Part shown: positions 14,401-27,113 of the stretch, one piece after another
Layout of the letters: each line of letters opens with the position of its first letter
Numbering within the stretch: position 1 is the first letter of the stretch
The notes under the pieces: generated by a model
Databases searched by the model: none
What the model was told of the DNA's origin: nothing
Seen by the model: only the letters and a program-made list of their open reading frames with translations
Made by a program: the position numbers and the translations under genes
Origin: Mobula hypostoma
Taxonomy: Eukaryota
Direction: 5' to 3'
DNA: 64,000 nucleotides
NCBI RefSeq assembly: GCF_963921235.1
Contig: NC_086108.1
Location: forward strand, 2,914,001-2,978,000

Positions 14401-17400
14401 TAACCCACCAATACTCACCACCATCCTAACCCACCAGTACTCACCATCCTAACCCACCAGTACTCACCACCATCCTAACCCACCAGTACTCACCACCATC
14501 CTAACCCACCAGTACTCACCATCCTAACCCACCAGTACTCACCACCATCCTAACCCACCAGTACTCACCACCATCCTAACCCACCAGTACTCACCATCCT
14601 AACCCACCAGTACTCACCACCATCCTAACCCACCAGTACTCACCACCATCCTAACCCACCAGTACTCACCACCATCCTAACCCACCAGTACTCACCATCC
14701 TAACCCACCAGTACTCACCATCCTAACCCACCAATACTCACCACCATCCTAACCCACCAATACTCACCACCATCCTAACCCACCAATACTCACCACCATC
14801 CTAACCCAATACTCACCACCATCCTAACCCACCAGTACTCACCACCATCCTAACCCACCAGTACTCACCACCATCCTAACCCACCAATACTCACCACCAT
14901 CCTAACCCACCAGTACTCACCATCCTAACCCACCAGTACTCACCACCATCCTAACCCACCAATACTCACCACCATCCTAACCCACCAGTACTCACCACCA
15001 TCCTAACCCACCAGTACTCACCACCATCCTAACCCACCAGTACTCACCACCATCCTAACCCACCAGTACTCACCACCATCCTAACCCACCAATACTCACC
15101 ACCATCCTAACCCAGCAGTACTCACCACCATCCTAACCCACCAGTACTCACCACCATCCTAACCCACCAGTACTCACCACCATCCTAACCCACCAGTACT
15201 CACCATCCTAACCCACCAATACTCACCACCATCCTAACCCACCAATACTCACCACCATCCTAACCCACCAATACTCACCACCATCCTAACCCACCAGTAC
15301 TCACCACCATCCTAACCCACCAGTACTCACCACCATCCTAACCCACCAATACTCACCACCATCCTAACCCACCAATACTCACCACCATCCTAACCCACCA
15401 GTACTCACCATCCTAACCCACCAGTACTCACCACCATCCTAACCCACCAGTACTCACCACCATCCTAACCCACCAATACTCACCACCATCCTAACCCACC
15501 AGTACTCACCAGCATCCTAACCCACCAGTACTCACCACCATCCTAACCCACCAGTACTCACCACCATCCTAACCCACCAGTACTCACCACCATCCTAACC
15601 CACCAGTACTCACCACCATCCTAACCCACCAGTACTCACCAGCATCCTAACCCACCAGTACTCACCACCATCCTAACCCACCAATACTCACCACCATCCT
15701 AACCCACCAATACTCACCACCATCCTAACCCACCAGTACTCACCACCATCCTAACCCACCACTACTCACCACCATCCTAACCCACCAGTACTCACCACCA
15801 TCCTAACCCACCAGTACTCACCACCATCCTAACCCACCAATACTCACCACCATCCTAACCCACCAGTACTCACCATCCTAACCCACCAGTACTCACCACC
15901 ATCCTAACCCACCAGTACTCACCACCATCCTAACCCACCAATACTCACCACCATCCTAACCCACCAGTACTCACCACCATCCTAACCCACCAGTACTCAC
16001 CACCATCCTAACCCACCAGTACTCACCACCATCCTAACCCACCAGTACTCACCATCCTAACCCACCAATACTCACCACCATCCTAACCCACCAGTACTCA
16101 CCATCCTAACCCACCAGTACTCACCACCATCCTAACCCACCAATACTCACCACCATCCTAACCCACCAGTACTCACCACCATCCTAACCCACCAGTACTC
16201 ACCACCATCCTAACCCACCAGTACTCACCACCATCCTAACCCACCAATACTCACCACCATCCTAACCCACCAGTACTCACCATCCTAACCCACCAATACT
16301 CACCACCATCCTAACCCACCAGTACTCACCATCCTAACCCACCAATACTCACCACCATCCTAACCCACCAGTACTCACCACCATCCTAACCCACCAGTAC
16401 TCACCACCATCCTAACCCACCAGTACTCACCACCATCCTAACCCACCAGTACTCACCACCATCCTAACCCACCAGTACTCACCACCATCCTAACCCACCA
16501 ATACTCACCACCATCCTAACCCACCAGTACTCACCATCCTAACCCACCAATACTCACCACCATCCTAACCCACCAGTACTCACCACCATCCTAACCCACC
16601 AGTACTCACCATCCTAACCCACCAGTACTCACCACCATCCTAACCCACCAATACTCACCACCATCCTAACCCACCAATACTCACCACCATCCTAACCCAC
16701 CAATACTCACCACCATCCTAACCCACCAGTACTCACCATCCTAACCCACCAGTACTCACCACCATCCTAACCCACCAGTACTCACCACCATCCTAACCCA
16801 CCAATACTCACCACCATCCTAACCCACCAGTACTCACCACCATCCTAACCCACCAATACTCACCACCATCCTAACCCACCAATACTCACCACCATCCTAA
16901 CCCACCAATACTCACCACCATCCTAACCCACCAATACTCACCACCATCCTAACCCACCAATACTCACCACCATCCTAACCCACCAGTACTCACCACCATC
17001 CTAACCCACCAGTACTCACCATCCTAACCCACCACCACCACCATCCTAACCCACCAGTACTCACACCTCCTAACCCACCACTCACCACCATCCTAACCCA
17101 CAGTACTCACCACCATCCTAACCCACCAGTACTCACCACCATCCTAACCCACCAATACTCACCACCATCCTAACCCACCAGTACTCACCACCATCCTAAC
17201 CCACCAGTACTCACCACCATCCTAACCCACCAGTACTCACCACCATCCTAACCCACCAGTACTCACCACCATCCTAACCCACCAGTACTCACCACCATCC
17301 TAACCCACCAATACTCACCACCATCCTAACCCACCAGTACTCACCACCATCCTAACCCACCAGTACTCACCATCCTAACCCACCAGTACTCACCACCATC

Positions 17401-20400
17401 CTAACCCACCAGTACTCACCACCATCCTAACCCACCATACTCACCACCATCCTAACCCACCAGTACTCACCACCATCCTAACCCACCAGTACTCACCACC
17501 ATCCTAACCCACCAGTACTCACCATCCTAACCCACCAGTACTCACCACCATCCTAACCCACCAGTACTCACCACCATCCTAACCCACCAGTACTCACCAC
17601 CATCCTAACCCACCAGTACTCACCACCATCCTAACCCACCAGTACTCACCACCATCCTAACCCACCAGTACTCACCACCATCCTAACCCACCAGTACTCA
17701 CCACCATCCTAACCCAATACTCACCACCATCCTAACCCACCAGTACTCACCATCCTAACCCACCAGTACTCACCACCATCCTAACCCACCAGTACTCACC
17801 ATCCTAACCCACCAGTACTCACCACCATCCTAACCCACCAGTACTCACCACCATCCTAACCCACCAGTACTCACCATCCTAACCCACCAGTACTCACCAC
17901 CATCCTAACCCACCAATACTCACCACCATCCTAACCCACCATACTCACCACCATCCTAACCCACCATACTCACCACCATCCTAACCCACCATACTCACCA
18001 CCATCCTAACCCACCAGTACTCACCACCATCCTAACCCACCAGTACTCACCATCCTAACCCACCATACTCACCACCATCCTAACCCACCAGTACTCACCA
18101 CCATCCTAACCCACCAGTACTCACCACCATCCTAACCCACCAATACTCACCACCATCCTAACCCACAGTACTCACCACCATCCTAACCCACCAGTACTCA
18201 CCACCATCCTAACCCACCAGTACTCACCACCATCCTAACCCACCAGTACTCACCACCATCCTAACCCACCAGTACTCACCACCATCCTAACCCACCAGTA
18301 CTCACCACCATCCTAACCCACCAATACTCACCACCATCCTAACCCACCAGTACTACCACCATCCTAACCCACCAGTACTCACCATCCTAACCCACCAGTA
18401 CTCACCATCCTAACCCACCAGTACTCACCACCATCCTAACCCACCAGTACTCACCACCATCCTAACCCACCAATACTCACCACCATCCTAACCCACCAGT
18501 ACTCACCACCATCCTAACCCACCAATACTCACCACCATCCTAACCCACCAATACTCACCACCATCCTAACCCACCAATACTCACCACCATCCTAACCCAC
18601 CAGTACTCACCACCATCCTAACCCACCAGTACTCACCACCATCCTAACCCACCAGTACTACCACCATCCTAACCCACCAATACTCACCACCATCCTAACC
18701 CAGCAGTACTCACCACCATCCTAACCCACCAGTACTCACCACCATCCTAACCCAGCAGTACTCACCACCATCCTAACCCACCAGTACTCACCACCATCCT
18801 AACCCACCAGTACTCACCACCCTCCAAACCCACCAGAACTCACCACCATCCTAACCCACCAATACTCACCACCATCCTAACCCACCAGTACTCACCACCA
18901 TCCTAACCCACCAGTACTCACCACCATCCTAACCCACCAATACTCACCACCATCCTAACCCACCAGTACTCACCACCATCCTAACCCACCAGTACTCACC
19001 ATCCTAACCCACCAGTACTCACCACCATCCTAACCCACCAGTACTCACCACCATCCTAACCCACCAGTACTCACCATCCTAACCCAATACTCACCACCAT
19101 CCTAACCCACCAGTACTCACCATCCTAACCCACCAGTACTCACCACCATCCTAACCCACCAGTACTCACCACCATCCTAACCCACCAGTACTCACCATCC
19201 TAACCCACCAGTACTCACCACCATCCTAACCCACCAATACTCACCACCATCCTAACCCACCAGTACTCACCATCCTAACCCACCAATACTCACCACCATC
19301 CTAACCCACCAATACTCACCACCATCCTAACCCACCAATACTCACCACCATCCTAACCCACCAGTACTCACCACCATCCTAACCCACCAGTACTCACCAC
19401 CATCCTAACCCACCAGTACTCACCACCATCCTAACCCACCAATACTCACCACCATCCTAACCCAGCAGTACTCACCACCATCCTAACCCACCAGTACTCA
19501 CCACCATCCTAACCCACCAATACTCACCACCATCCTAACCCAGCAGTACTCACCACCATCCTAACCCACCAGTACTCACCACCATCCTAACCCACCAGTA
19601 CTCACCACCATCCTAACCCACCAGTACTCACCACTATCCTAACCCACCAGTACTCACCATCCTAACCCACCAGTACTCACCACCATCCTAACCCACCAAT
19701 ACTCACCACCATCCTAACCCACCAGTACTCACCACCATCCTAACCCACCAGTACTCACCATCCTAACCCACCAGTACTCACCACCATCCTAACCCACCAG
19801 TACTCACCACCATCCTAACCCACCAGTACTCACCATCCTAACCCAATACTCACCACCATCCTAACCCACCAGTACTCACCATCCTAACCCACCAGTACTC
19901 ACCATCCTAACCCACCAGTACTCACCACCATCCTAACCCACCAGTACTCACCACCATCCTAACCCACCAATACTCACCACCATCCTAACCCACCAATACT
20001 CACCACCATCCTAACCCACCAGTACTCACCATCCTAACCCACCAATACTCACCACCATCCTAACCCACCAATACTCACCACCATCCTAACCCACCAATAC
20101 TCACCACCATCCTAACCCACCAGTACTCACCACCATCCTAACCCACCAGTACTCACCACCATCCTAACCCACCAGTACTCACCACCATCCTAACCCACCA
20201 ATACTCACCACCATCCTAACCCAGCAGTACTCACCACCATCCTAACCCACCAGTACTCACCACCATCCTAACCCACCAATACTCACCACCATCCTAACCC
20301 AGCAGTACTCACCACCATCCTAACCCACCAGTACTCACCACCATCCTAACCCACCAGTACTCACCACCATCCTAACCCACCAGTACTCACCACTATCCTA

Positions 20401-21756
20401 ACCCACCAGTACTCACCATCCTAACCCACCAGTACTCACCACCATCCTAACCCACCAATACTCACCACCATCCTAACCCACCAGTACTCACCACCATCCT
20501 AACCCACCAGTACTCACCACCATCCTAACCCACCAGTACTCACCACCATCCTAACCCACCAGTACTCACCACCATCCTAACCCACCAGTACTCACCACCA
20601 TCCTAACCCAGCAGTACTCACCACCATCCTAACCCACCAGTACTCACCACCATCCTAACCCACCAGTACTCACCACCATCCTAACCCACCAGTACTCACC
20701 ACCATCCTAACCCACCAGTACTCACCATCCTAACCCACCAGTACTCACCACCATCCTAACCCACCAGTACTCACCACTATCCTAACCCACCAGTACTCAC
20801 CATCCTAACCCACCAGTACTCACCACCATCCTAACCCACCAATACTCACCACCATCCTAACCCACCAGTACTCACCACCATCCTAACCCACCAGTACTCA
20901 CCACCATCCTAACCCACCAGTACTCACCACCATCCTAACCCACCAGTACTCACCACCATCCTAACCCACCAATACTCACCACCATCCTAACCCAGCAGTA
21001 CTCACCACCATCCTAACCCACCAGTACTCACCACCATCCTAACCCACCAATACTCACCACCATCCTAACCCAGCAGTACTCACCACCATCCTAACCCACC
21101 AGTACTCACCACCATCCTAACCCACCAGTACTCACCACCATCCTAACCCACCAGTACTCACCACCATCCTAACCCACCAGTACTCACCATCCTAACCCAC
21201 CAGTACTCACCACCATCCTAACCCACCAGTACTCACCACCATCCTAACCCACCAATACTCACCACCATCCTAACCCACCAGTACTCACCACCATCCTAAC
21301 CCACCAGTACTCACCACCATCCTAACCCACCAATACTCACCACCATCCTAACCCAGCAGTACTCACCATCATCCTAACCCACCAGTACTCACCATCCTAA
21401 CCCAATACTCACCACCATCCTAACCCACCAGTACTCACCATCCTAACCCACCAGTACTCACCACCATCCTAACCCACCAGTACTCACCACCATCCTAACC
21501 CACCAATACTCACCACCATCCTAACCCACCAGTACTCACCACCATCCTAACCCACCAGTACTCACCACCATCCTAACCCACCAATACTCACCATCCTAAC
21601 CCACCAGTACTCACCATCCTAACCCACCAGTACTCACCACCATCCTAACCCACCAATACTCACCACCATCCTAACCCAGCAGTACTCACCATCATCCTAA
21701 CCCACCAGTACTCACCACCATCCTAACCCACCAGTACTCACCACCATCCTAACCCA
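11481..21756. repeat. Minisatellite array, 26-bp unit TACTCACCACCATCCTAACCCACCA(G/A) with 23-bp deletion variants, roughly 400 units
   Basis: Directly visible tandem array; copy number estimated from length divided by unit size. Confidence 0.99.
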
Positions 21757-21919
21757 TATCTCTGGGACTGTAGGAGGAAACCAGAGCACCCGAGTTGGGG
21801 TTAGTGAGTTGTGGGCATGCTATGTTAGTGCGGGAAGCATGGTGACACCTGCATTGTGCCCAGCACAAACCTCGCTGATTTGATTTGATACAAATTATTT
21901 CACTGTAATTTTCAATGTA

Positions 21920-23454
21920 CAGCTGCAAGAAAAAGTTTGTGAACCTTTTCCTCTTACCTCGTCTTCTGCATTTTTTACTCATAAAATGTGGTCTGATCTT
22001 CATCAGAGTCACAATAATAGACAAGCACAATCTGCCTAAACTAATAACATACAAACAATTGTACTTCTCGTCAATACTGAGTCCACCATTTAAACACAGT
22101 CTAGGTTCAAAAAAGTATGGGAACCTCTGGGGTAATGCCTTCCACAAAAGCTATTTGGAGTCAGGCGTTCCAATCAATGAGATGAGATTGGAGGTGTGCG
22201 TTGTTCAGGTGCCCTGCCCTATAACAAGACAAAGTCAGATTACTGAGAGAGCCTGCTCTTCTCAAGAAAGATCTCTTTACATGCACTATGCCTTGATCAA
22301 AACAACTTTCAGAGGACTTTAGAAGAAGAACTGTAGAGATTAATGAAGCTGGAAAAGGCTACAAAGGCATTTCTAAAGACCTTTGTGTTCATCAGTCCAC
22401 AGTAAGAGAAATTGTCTACAAATGGTGAGTACTGTTGCTACTCTCCCTAGGAGTGGGCATCCTGCAAAACTCACACCAAGAGCACAATGTGCAATGCTGA
22501 AGGAGGTGAAAAAGAACCCAGGGGTAACAGCCACAGACCTGTAGAAATCTCTGTTCATGTGTCCACTATAAGAAAATGGTGCTCAAGGAAGGACACCACC
22601 GTTCTCCAGGGAAAAAACACTGCTGCCACCTCAAGTTTGCAAAAGACCACGTGGATGTTCCACGACGCTTCTGGGCCAACGTTCTGTGGACAGATCAGAC
22701 AAAAGTTGAACTTTTCGGCAGAAATGCACACTGCTATGTTTCGAGGGAAAAGGGCACTGCACACCAACACCAAAACCTCATCCCAGCTGTGCAGCATGGT
22801 GGAAGGAGCATCGTGGTTTGGGGCTGCTTTGCTGTCTCAGGGCTTGGACAGCTTGCAGTCATTGAGGGAACAGTGAATTCAAAACTGTATCGAGACATTT
22901 TACAGGAGAGTGTCAGGGTAGCAGTCCGTCACCTGAAGCTTAATAGAAGTTGGATGATACAACATGATCCAAAACACAAGAGTAAATCAACAACAGGTTT
23001 AAAAAGCAGAACATTTGTGTTTTGGAATGGCCACGTCAGAGTCCAGATCTTAGCCCCTGACCTGAAGAGGGCTGTTTATGCAAGATATCCCAGAAACATC
23101 GATGAACTGAAACAGCTTTGTATGGAGGAAAGGTCTTAAATTTCTCCTTGCCGTTGTGCAAGTCTGATCAGCAGCTACAGGAAACATTTGGTGGAGGTTA
23201 TTTGCTGCTAAAGGAGGTTCTACCAGTTATTAAATACAAGGTTTCACGTAGCTTTTCCAGCCTGGACTGTGAATGATTAAACAATGTGTTCAATAAAAAA
23301 ATGGAAAGTACAATTGTCTCTGTGTTACTAGTTTAGGCAGATTGTGTTTGTCTATTATTGTGACTTAGATGAAGATCAGACCTACATTTTATGAATAATT
23401 AATGCAGAAAACCAGGAAATTGCAAAGGGTTCTCTAATCTTTTTCTTGCAACTG
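21920..23454 (+). mobile_element. Tc1-like transposon, full extent, TA TSD, decayed transposase
   Basis: TA|CAGCTGCAAGAAAAAG...CTTTTTCTTGCAACTG|TA; FWANVLWTDQTKVELFG, AVQHGGRSIVVWGCF, QHDPKHKSKST. Confidence 0.92.
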
Positions 23455-23531
23455 TATATATGACAAATAAAGCTAATCTTTACAAAATCCTTAACAAAAG
23501 GTTCTACAGAAAGACGAATGTGCATTTAGAA

Positions 23532-23723
23532 ATGCAAACAACAGGAATTCTGCAGATGCTGGAAATTCAAGCAACACACATAAAAGTTGCTGGTGAACAC
23601 AGCAGGCCAGGCAGCATCTCTCGGATCCTGACGAAGGGTCTCGGCCTGAAACGTCGACTGCACCTCTTCCTAGAGATGCTGCCTGGCCTGCTGCGTTCAC
23701 CAGCAACTTTGATGTGTGTTGCC
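23532..23723. mobile_element. Hairpin Penelope pLTR mini-insertion with hammerhead core in the loop and 13-bp TSD
   Basis: 51-bp inverted arms 23571-23621 and 23672-23722; CTGACGA..GAAACGTC at 23628-23655; TGTGCATTTAGAA at 23519-23531 and 23724-23736. Confidence 0.85.
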
Positions 23724-23771
23724 TGTGCATTTAGAATGTAGCTTTTTCCAATGCATTACAGTCGGATATAC

Positions 23772-24396
23772 ACAGGGTGGCCACTTTATGAGGTATTATA
23801 TCTCCTGTACCTGATAAAGTGGCCACTGAGTGTACGTTCGAGATCTTCTGCTGCTGTAGCCCAACCACTTCAAGTTTTGATGTGTTGCGTGTTCAGAGAT
23901 GCTCCTCTTCACACCAGGGTTGTAACGTGTGGATATTCAAGTTACTGTCAACTTCTTGTCAGCTTGAACCGGTCTGGCCATTCCAAACTGGCCTCTCTCA
24001 TTAACAAGGCTTTTTCAGTGGAACCGTTTTTTGTTTATCACACCATTCCCCGTAAACTCTAGGGCAGGGGTTCCCAACCATTTTTATGCCATGGACCAAC
24101 ACCATTAAGAAAGGAGTCTATGGACCCCAAATTGGGAAACCCTGCTCCAGATACTGTTGAAAATCCCAGGAGATCAGAGTTTTTAAGATACTCAAACCAC
24201 CCCATCTGGCACCAACAAACATTTCATGGTCAAAGTCACTTAGATCATATTTCTTCCCCATTCTGAAGTTTGGTCTGAACAACAACTGAATCTCTTGACC
24301 ATGTCTGCAAGCTTTTATGCATTGAGGTACTGTCACATGATTGGCTGATTAGATATTTGTAATTATGATCAGGTGTACCTAATAAAGTGGTCACTG
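23772..24396. mobile_element. Tc1-derived non-autonomous element (related copies ~29748-30245 and ~40155-40680) with a nested hAT-type MITE at ~24065-24144
   Basis: Ends GTGGCCACTTTAT..AGGTA / TACCTAATAAAGTGG; shared internal sequence among the copies. Confidence 0.7.
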
Positions 24397-24564
24397 GAGC
24401 TGTACTTGCCACAAATGTTCAAGGAGAGAAAGTTGGAAACTGAAGGCTGCTAACTAGTAAAGCCACTCAGCATGGACAGAAAATTTAGAAATTAGCGCAA
24501 GGCAGACAACTGACACAAAACTTTCCAGCAAAACCCAGTGCTTCTCCATAATTCATCAACTTAC

Positions 24565-24610
24565 CTCATGGGCAGATCCTGGATGTTAACAGCATGATCC
24601 ATGAAGTACC
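24565..24610 (-). CDS. SARS2: SARS2 coding exon (~exon 10), 46 bp
   Basis: (G)YFMDHAVNIQDLPM(R); ttttccag| acceptor, |gtaagt donor. Confidence 0.95.
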
Positions 24611-25699
24611 CTGGAAAACAACAGCATCTTTCACTGAGAGAACAGCATGGAGAGTATAACAAACTAGGATTCACCAACTTCAACATATCATCCCTGTATT
24701 CAATACTTTGACTTGGAAAGGCCAATGTGCCAAATGCTCTCTTAAGACTTTAAGATAATGCACGAGAATTAGGCCATTTAACTCATTGAGTCTGCTCCGC
24801 CATTTCATCATGGCTGATCCACTTTCCCTCTCAGCCCCAATCTCCTACCTTCTTCTCATATCCCTCCACGCCCAGACTAATCAAGAATCTCTCAAACTCT
24901 GCGTTAAATATACTCAATGACAGGCTCTCCAGAACAAATTCCACAGAGTCACCACTCTCTGGATAAATGAATTCCTCCTCATCTCTATTCTAAATGGATG
25001 TCCTCTATTCTGAGGCTGAGTCCTCTGGTTTTAGACTCCCCCACCACAGGAAACATCGTCTCCACATCCACTCTATCAAAGTCTTTCAACATTCGATAGG
25101 TTTCTTAATGACTTTATCTACCTGTGCTCTAAGTGACTTTCAAGGAATTATGGATCTGTATACACAGAGACACAAAGGCAAAGGCAGACTGCATATAACT
25201 AAGTATTTGCAGCTGGTCTATCTGGTACTGATGTTCCAAGGAGCCTTTTTCATCATCTTCACCTCAGTGCCTTCAGAATCACCATGCATTTCCCCTCATG
25301 TCTTATCCAGCTTCCCAATAAATGCATCTCCTACCTCCCTCCATCCTTTTCTCCTTCCATCTGCTGGGTGGCATGATAGCATAGAGGCTAGAGTAATGTT
25401 ATCAGAGTGCCAGAGATAGGTGTTCAATTCCTGCTGCTGTCTGTAAGGAGTTTGCACGCTCTCCCCCATGACAATGAGGGTTTCCTCTGAGTGCTCCAGT
25501 TTTGTCCCACAGTCTAAAGACATATGGGTTAGGGTTAGGAAGTTGTAGGCATGTCAAGCTGGAAAAACAGTAATACTTGCAGGCTACCACCAGCACATCC
25601 TTGGGCGCTGCTGGTCATTCATGCAAACAACGTAGTTCACTGTATGTTTCAATGTTTTGATGTACATTTGACAAACAAAGCTAATTCTTAATAGGACCT

Positions 25700-26185
25700 A
25701 AGACCATAAGATTTAGGAGCAGAAGCAGGCCATTCAGCCCATCAAGTCTGCTCTGTCATTCAATCATAGGCTGATCCAATTCTTCCAGTCATCCCCACTC
25801 CCCTGCTTTCACCCCATACCCTTTGATGCCCTGGCTAATCAAGAACCTATTCCTATTTCTGCCTTAAATACACCCAATGACTTGGCCTCCACAGCCGCTC
25901 GTGACAACAAATTCCACAGATTTACCACCCTCTGACTAAAGTAATCTCTCTGCATCTCTGTTCTAAATGGACGTCCTTCAATCCTGAAGTCGTGCCCTCT
26001 TGTCCTACACCTCCCTACCATGGGAAATAACTTTACCATATCTAATACGTTCAGGCCTTTTGACATTCGTAATGTTTCTATAAGAACACGGCCCCCCCCC
26101 CCCCCATTCACCAGGGAATACAGCCCAGGAGGTGCCAGACGTTCCTCATACGGTATCCCTTTCATTCCTGGAATCATTCTCGTCA
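25700..26185 (-). mobile_element. CR1 LINE 3' fragment (another at ~24760-25110)
   Basis: TRMIPGMKGIPYEERL...RTRGHDFRIEGRPFRTEMQRDYFSQRVVNLWN. Confidence 0.85.
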
Positions 26186-26216
26186 AAGTTCAAGGTTTGA
26201 AGTACATTTATTATTA

Positions 26217-26242
26217 GAGTGAGTGAGTGAGTGAGTGAGTGA

Positions 26243-26309
<67 letters not shown>
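26217..26309. repeat. Compound microsatellite (GAGT)n(GT)n(GA)n
   Basis: Directly visible. Confidence 0.97.
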
Positions 26310-26310
<1 letters not shown>

Positions 26311-26557
26311 CCATGTACAACCCCAAGATTCATTTTCTTGTGGACATACTCAATAAGTCCAACGGCCATAATAGAATTAAGGAAAGACCGCACCAACTAG
26401 ACACACAGCCAGTGTGCACAAGACAACAAACTGCGCAAATACAAAAGTAAATAATAAATAAGCAAGCAATAAATATCCAGATCACGAGCTCAGAGTTCTT
26501 GAAAGTGAGCCCACGGGTGTGGGAACATTGCAATGATGGGGAAGTGAAGTTGAGGGT

Positions 26558-27113
26558 AGTTATCCAATTTGGTTCAAAAGCTTGATGTCTGCAGGGTAGT
26601 AACTGTTCCTGAACCTGGTGGTGTGGGACCTGAGGCTCATTGTGGTGAGTGAAGTTATCCACACTGGTTCAGGAGCCTGATGGTTGTGGGGTAATAACTG
26701 TTCCTGAACCTGGTGGTGTGGGACCTGAGGCTCGTTGTGGTGAGTGAAGTTATCCACACTGGTTCAGGAGCCTGATGGTTGTGGGGTAATAACTGTTCCT
26801 GAACCTGGTGGTGTGGGACCTGAGGCTCATTGTGGTGAGTGAAGTTATCTACACCGGTTCAGGAGCCTGATGGTTGTCGGGTAATAACTGTTCCTGAACC
26901 TGGTGGTGTGGGACCTGAGGCTCATTGTGGAGAGTGAAGTTATCCACACTGGTTCAGGAGCCTGATGATTGTGGGATAATAACTGTTCCTGAACCTGGTG
27001 GTGTGGGACCTGAGGCTCATTGTGGTGAGTGAAGTTATCCACACTGGTTCAGGAGCCTGATGGTTGTGGGGTAATAACCGTTCCTGAACCTGGTGGTGTG
27101 GGTCATGAGGCTC
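26558..27113 (-). repeat. 95-bp tandem repeat (~5.8 units) within a Rex1-type LINE 3' end (element ~26190-27440)
   Basis: Repeated ...GTTCCTGAACCTGGTGGTGTGGGACCTGAGGCTCATTGTGGTGAGTGAAGTTATCC...; near-identical ORF starts at 26662, 26757 and 27042 (multiples of 95). Confidence 0.92.

Noticed and set aside
17030..18840. Distinct sub-array with 1-bp-deleted units
   Set aside because: Scattered single-base deletions confined to one stretch look like long-read consensus errors; needs raw reads
11481..21756. CRISPR array, canonical interstitial telomere or repetitive coding sequence
   Set aside because: No unique spacers or cas genes; the unit is 26 bp rather than (TTAGGG)n; the unit length is not a multiple of 3 and stops occur on both strands, so no ORFs
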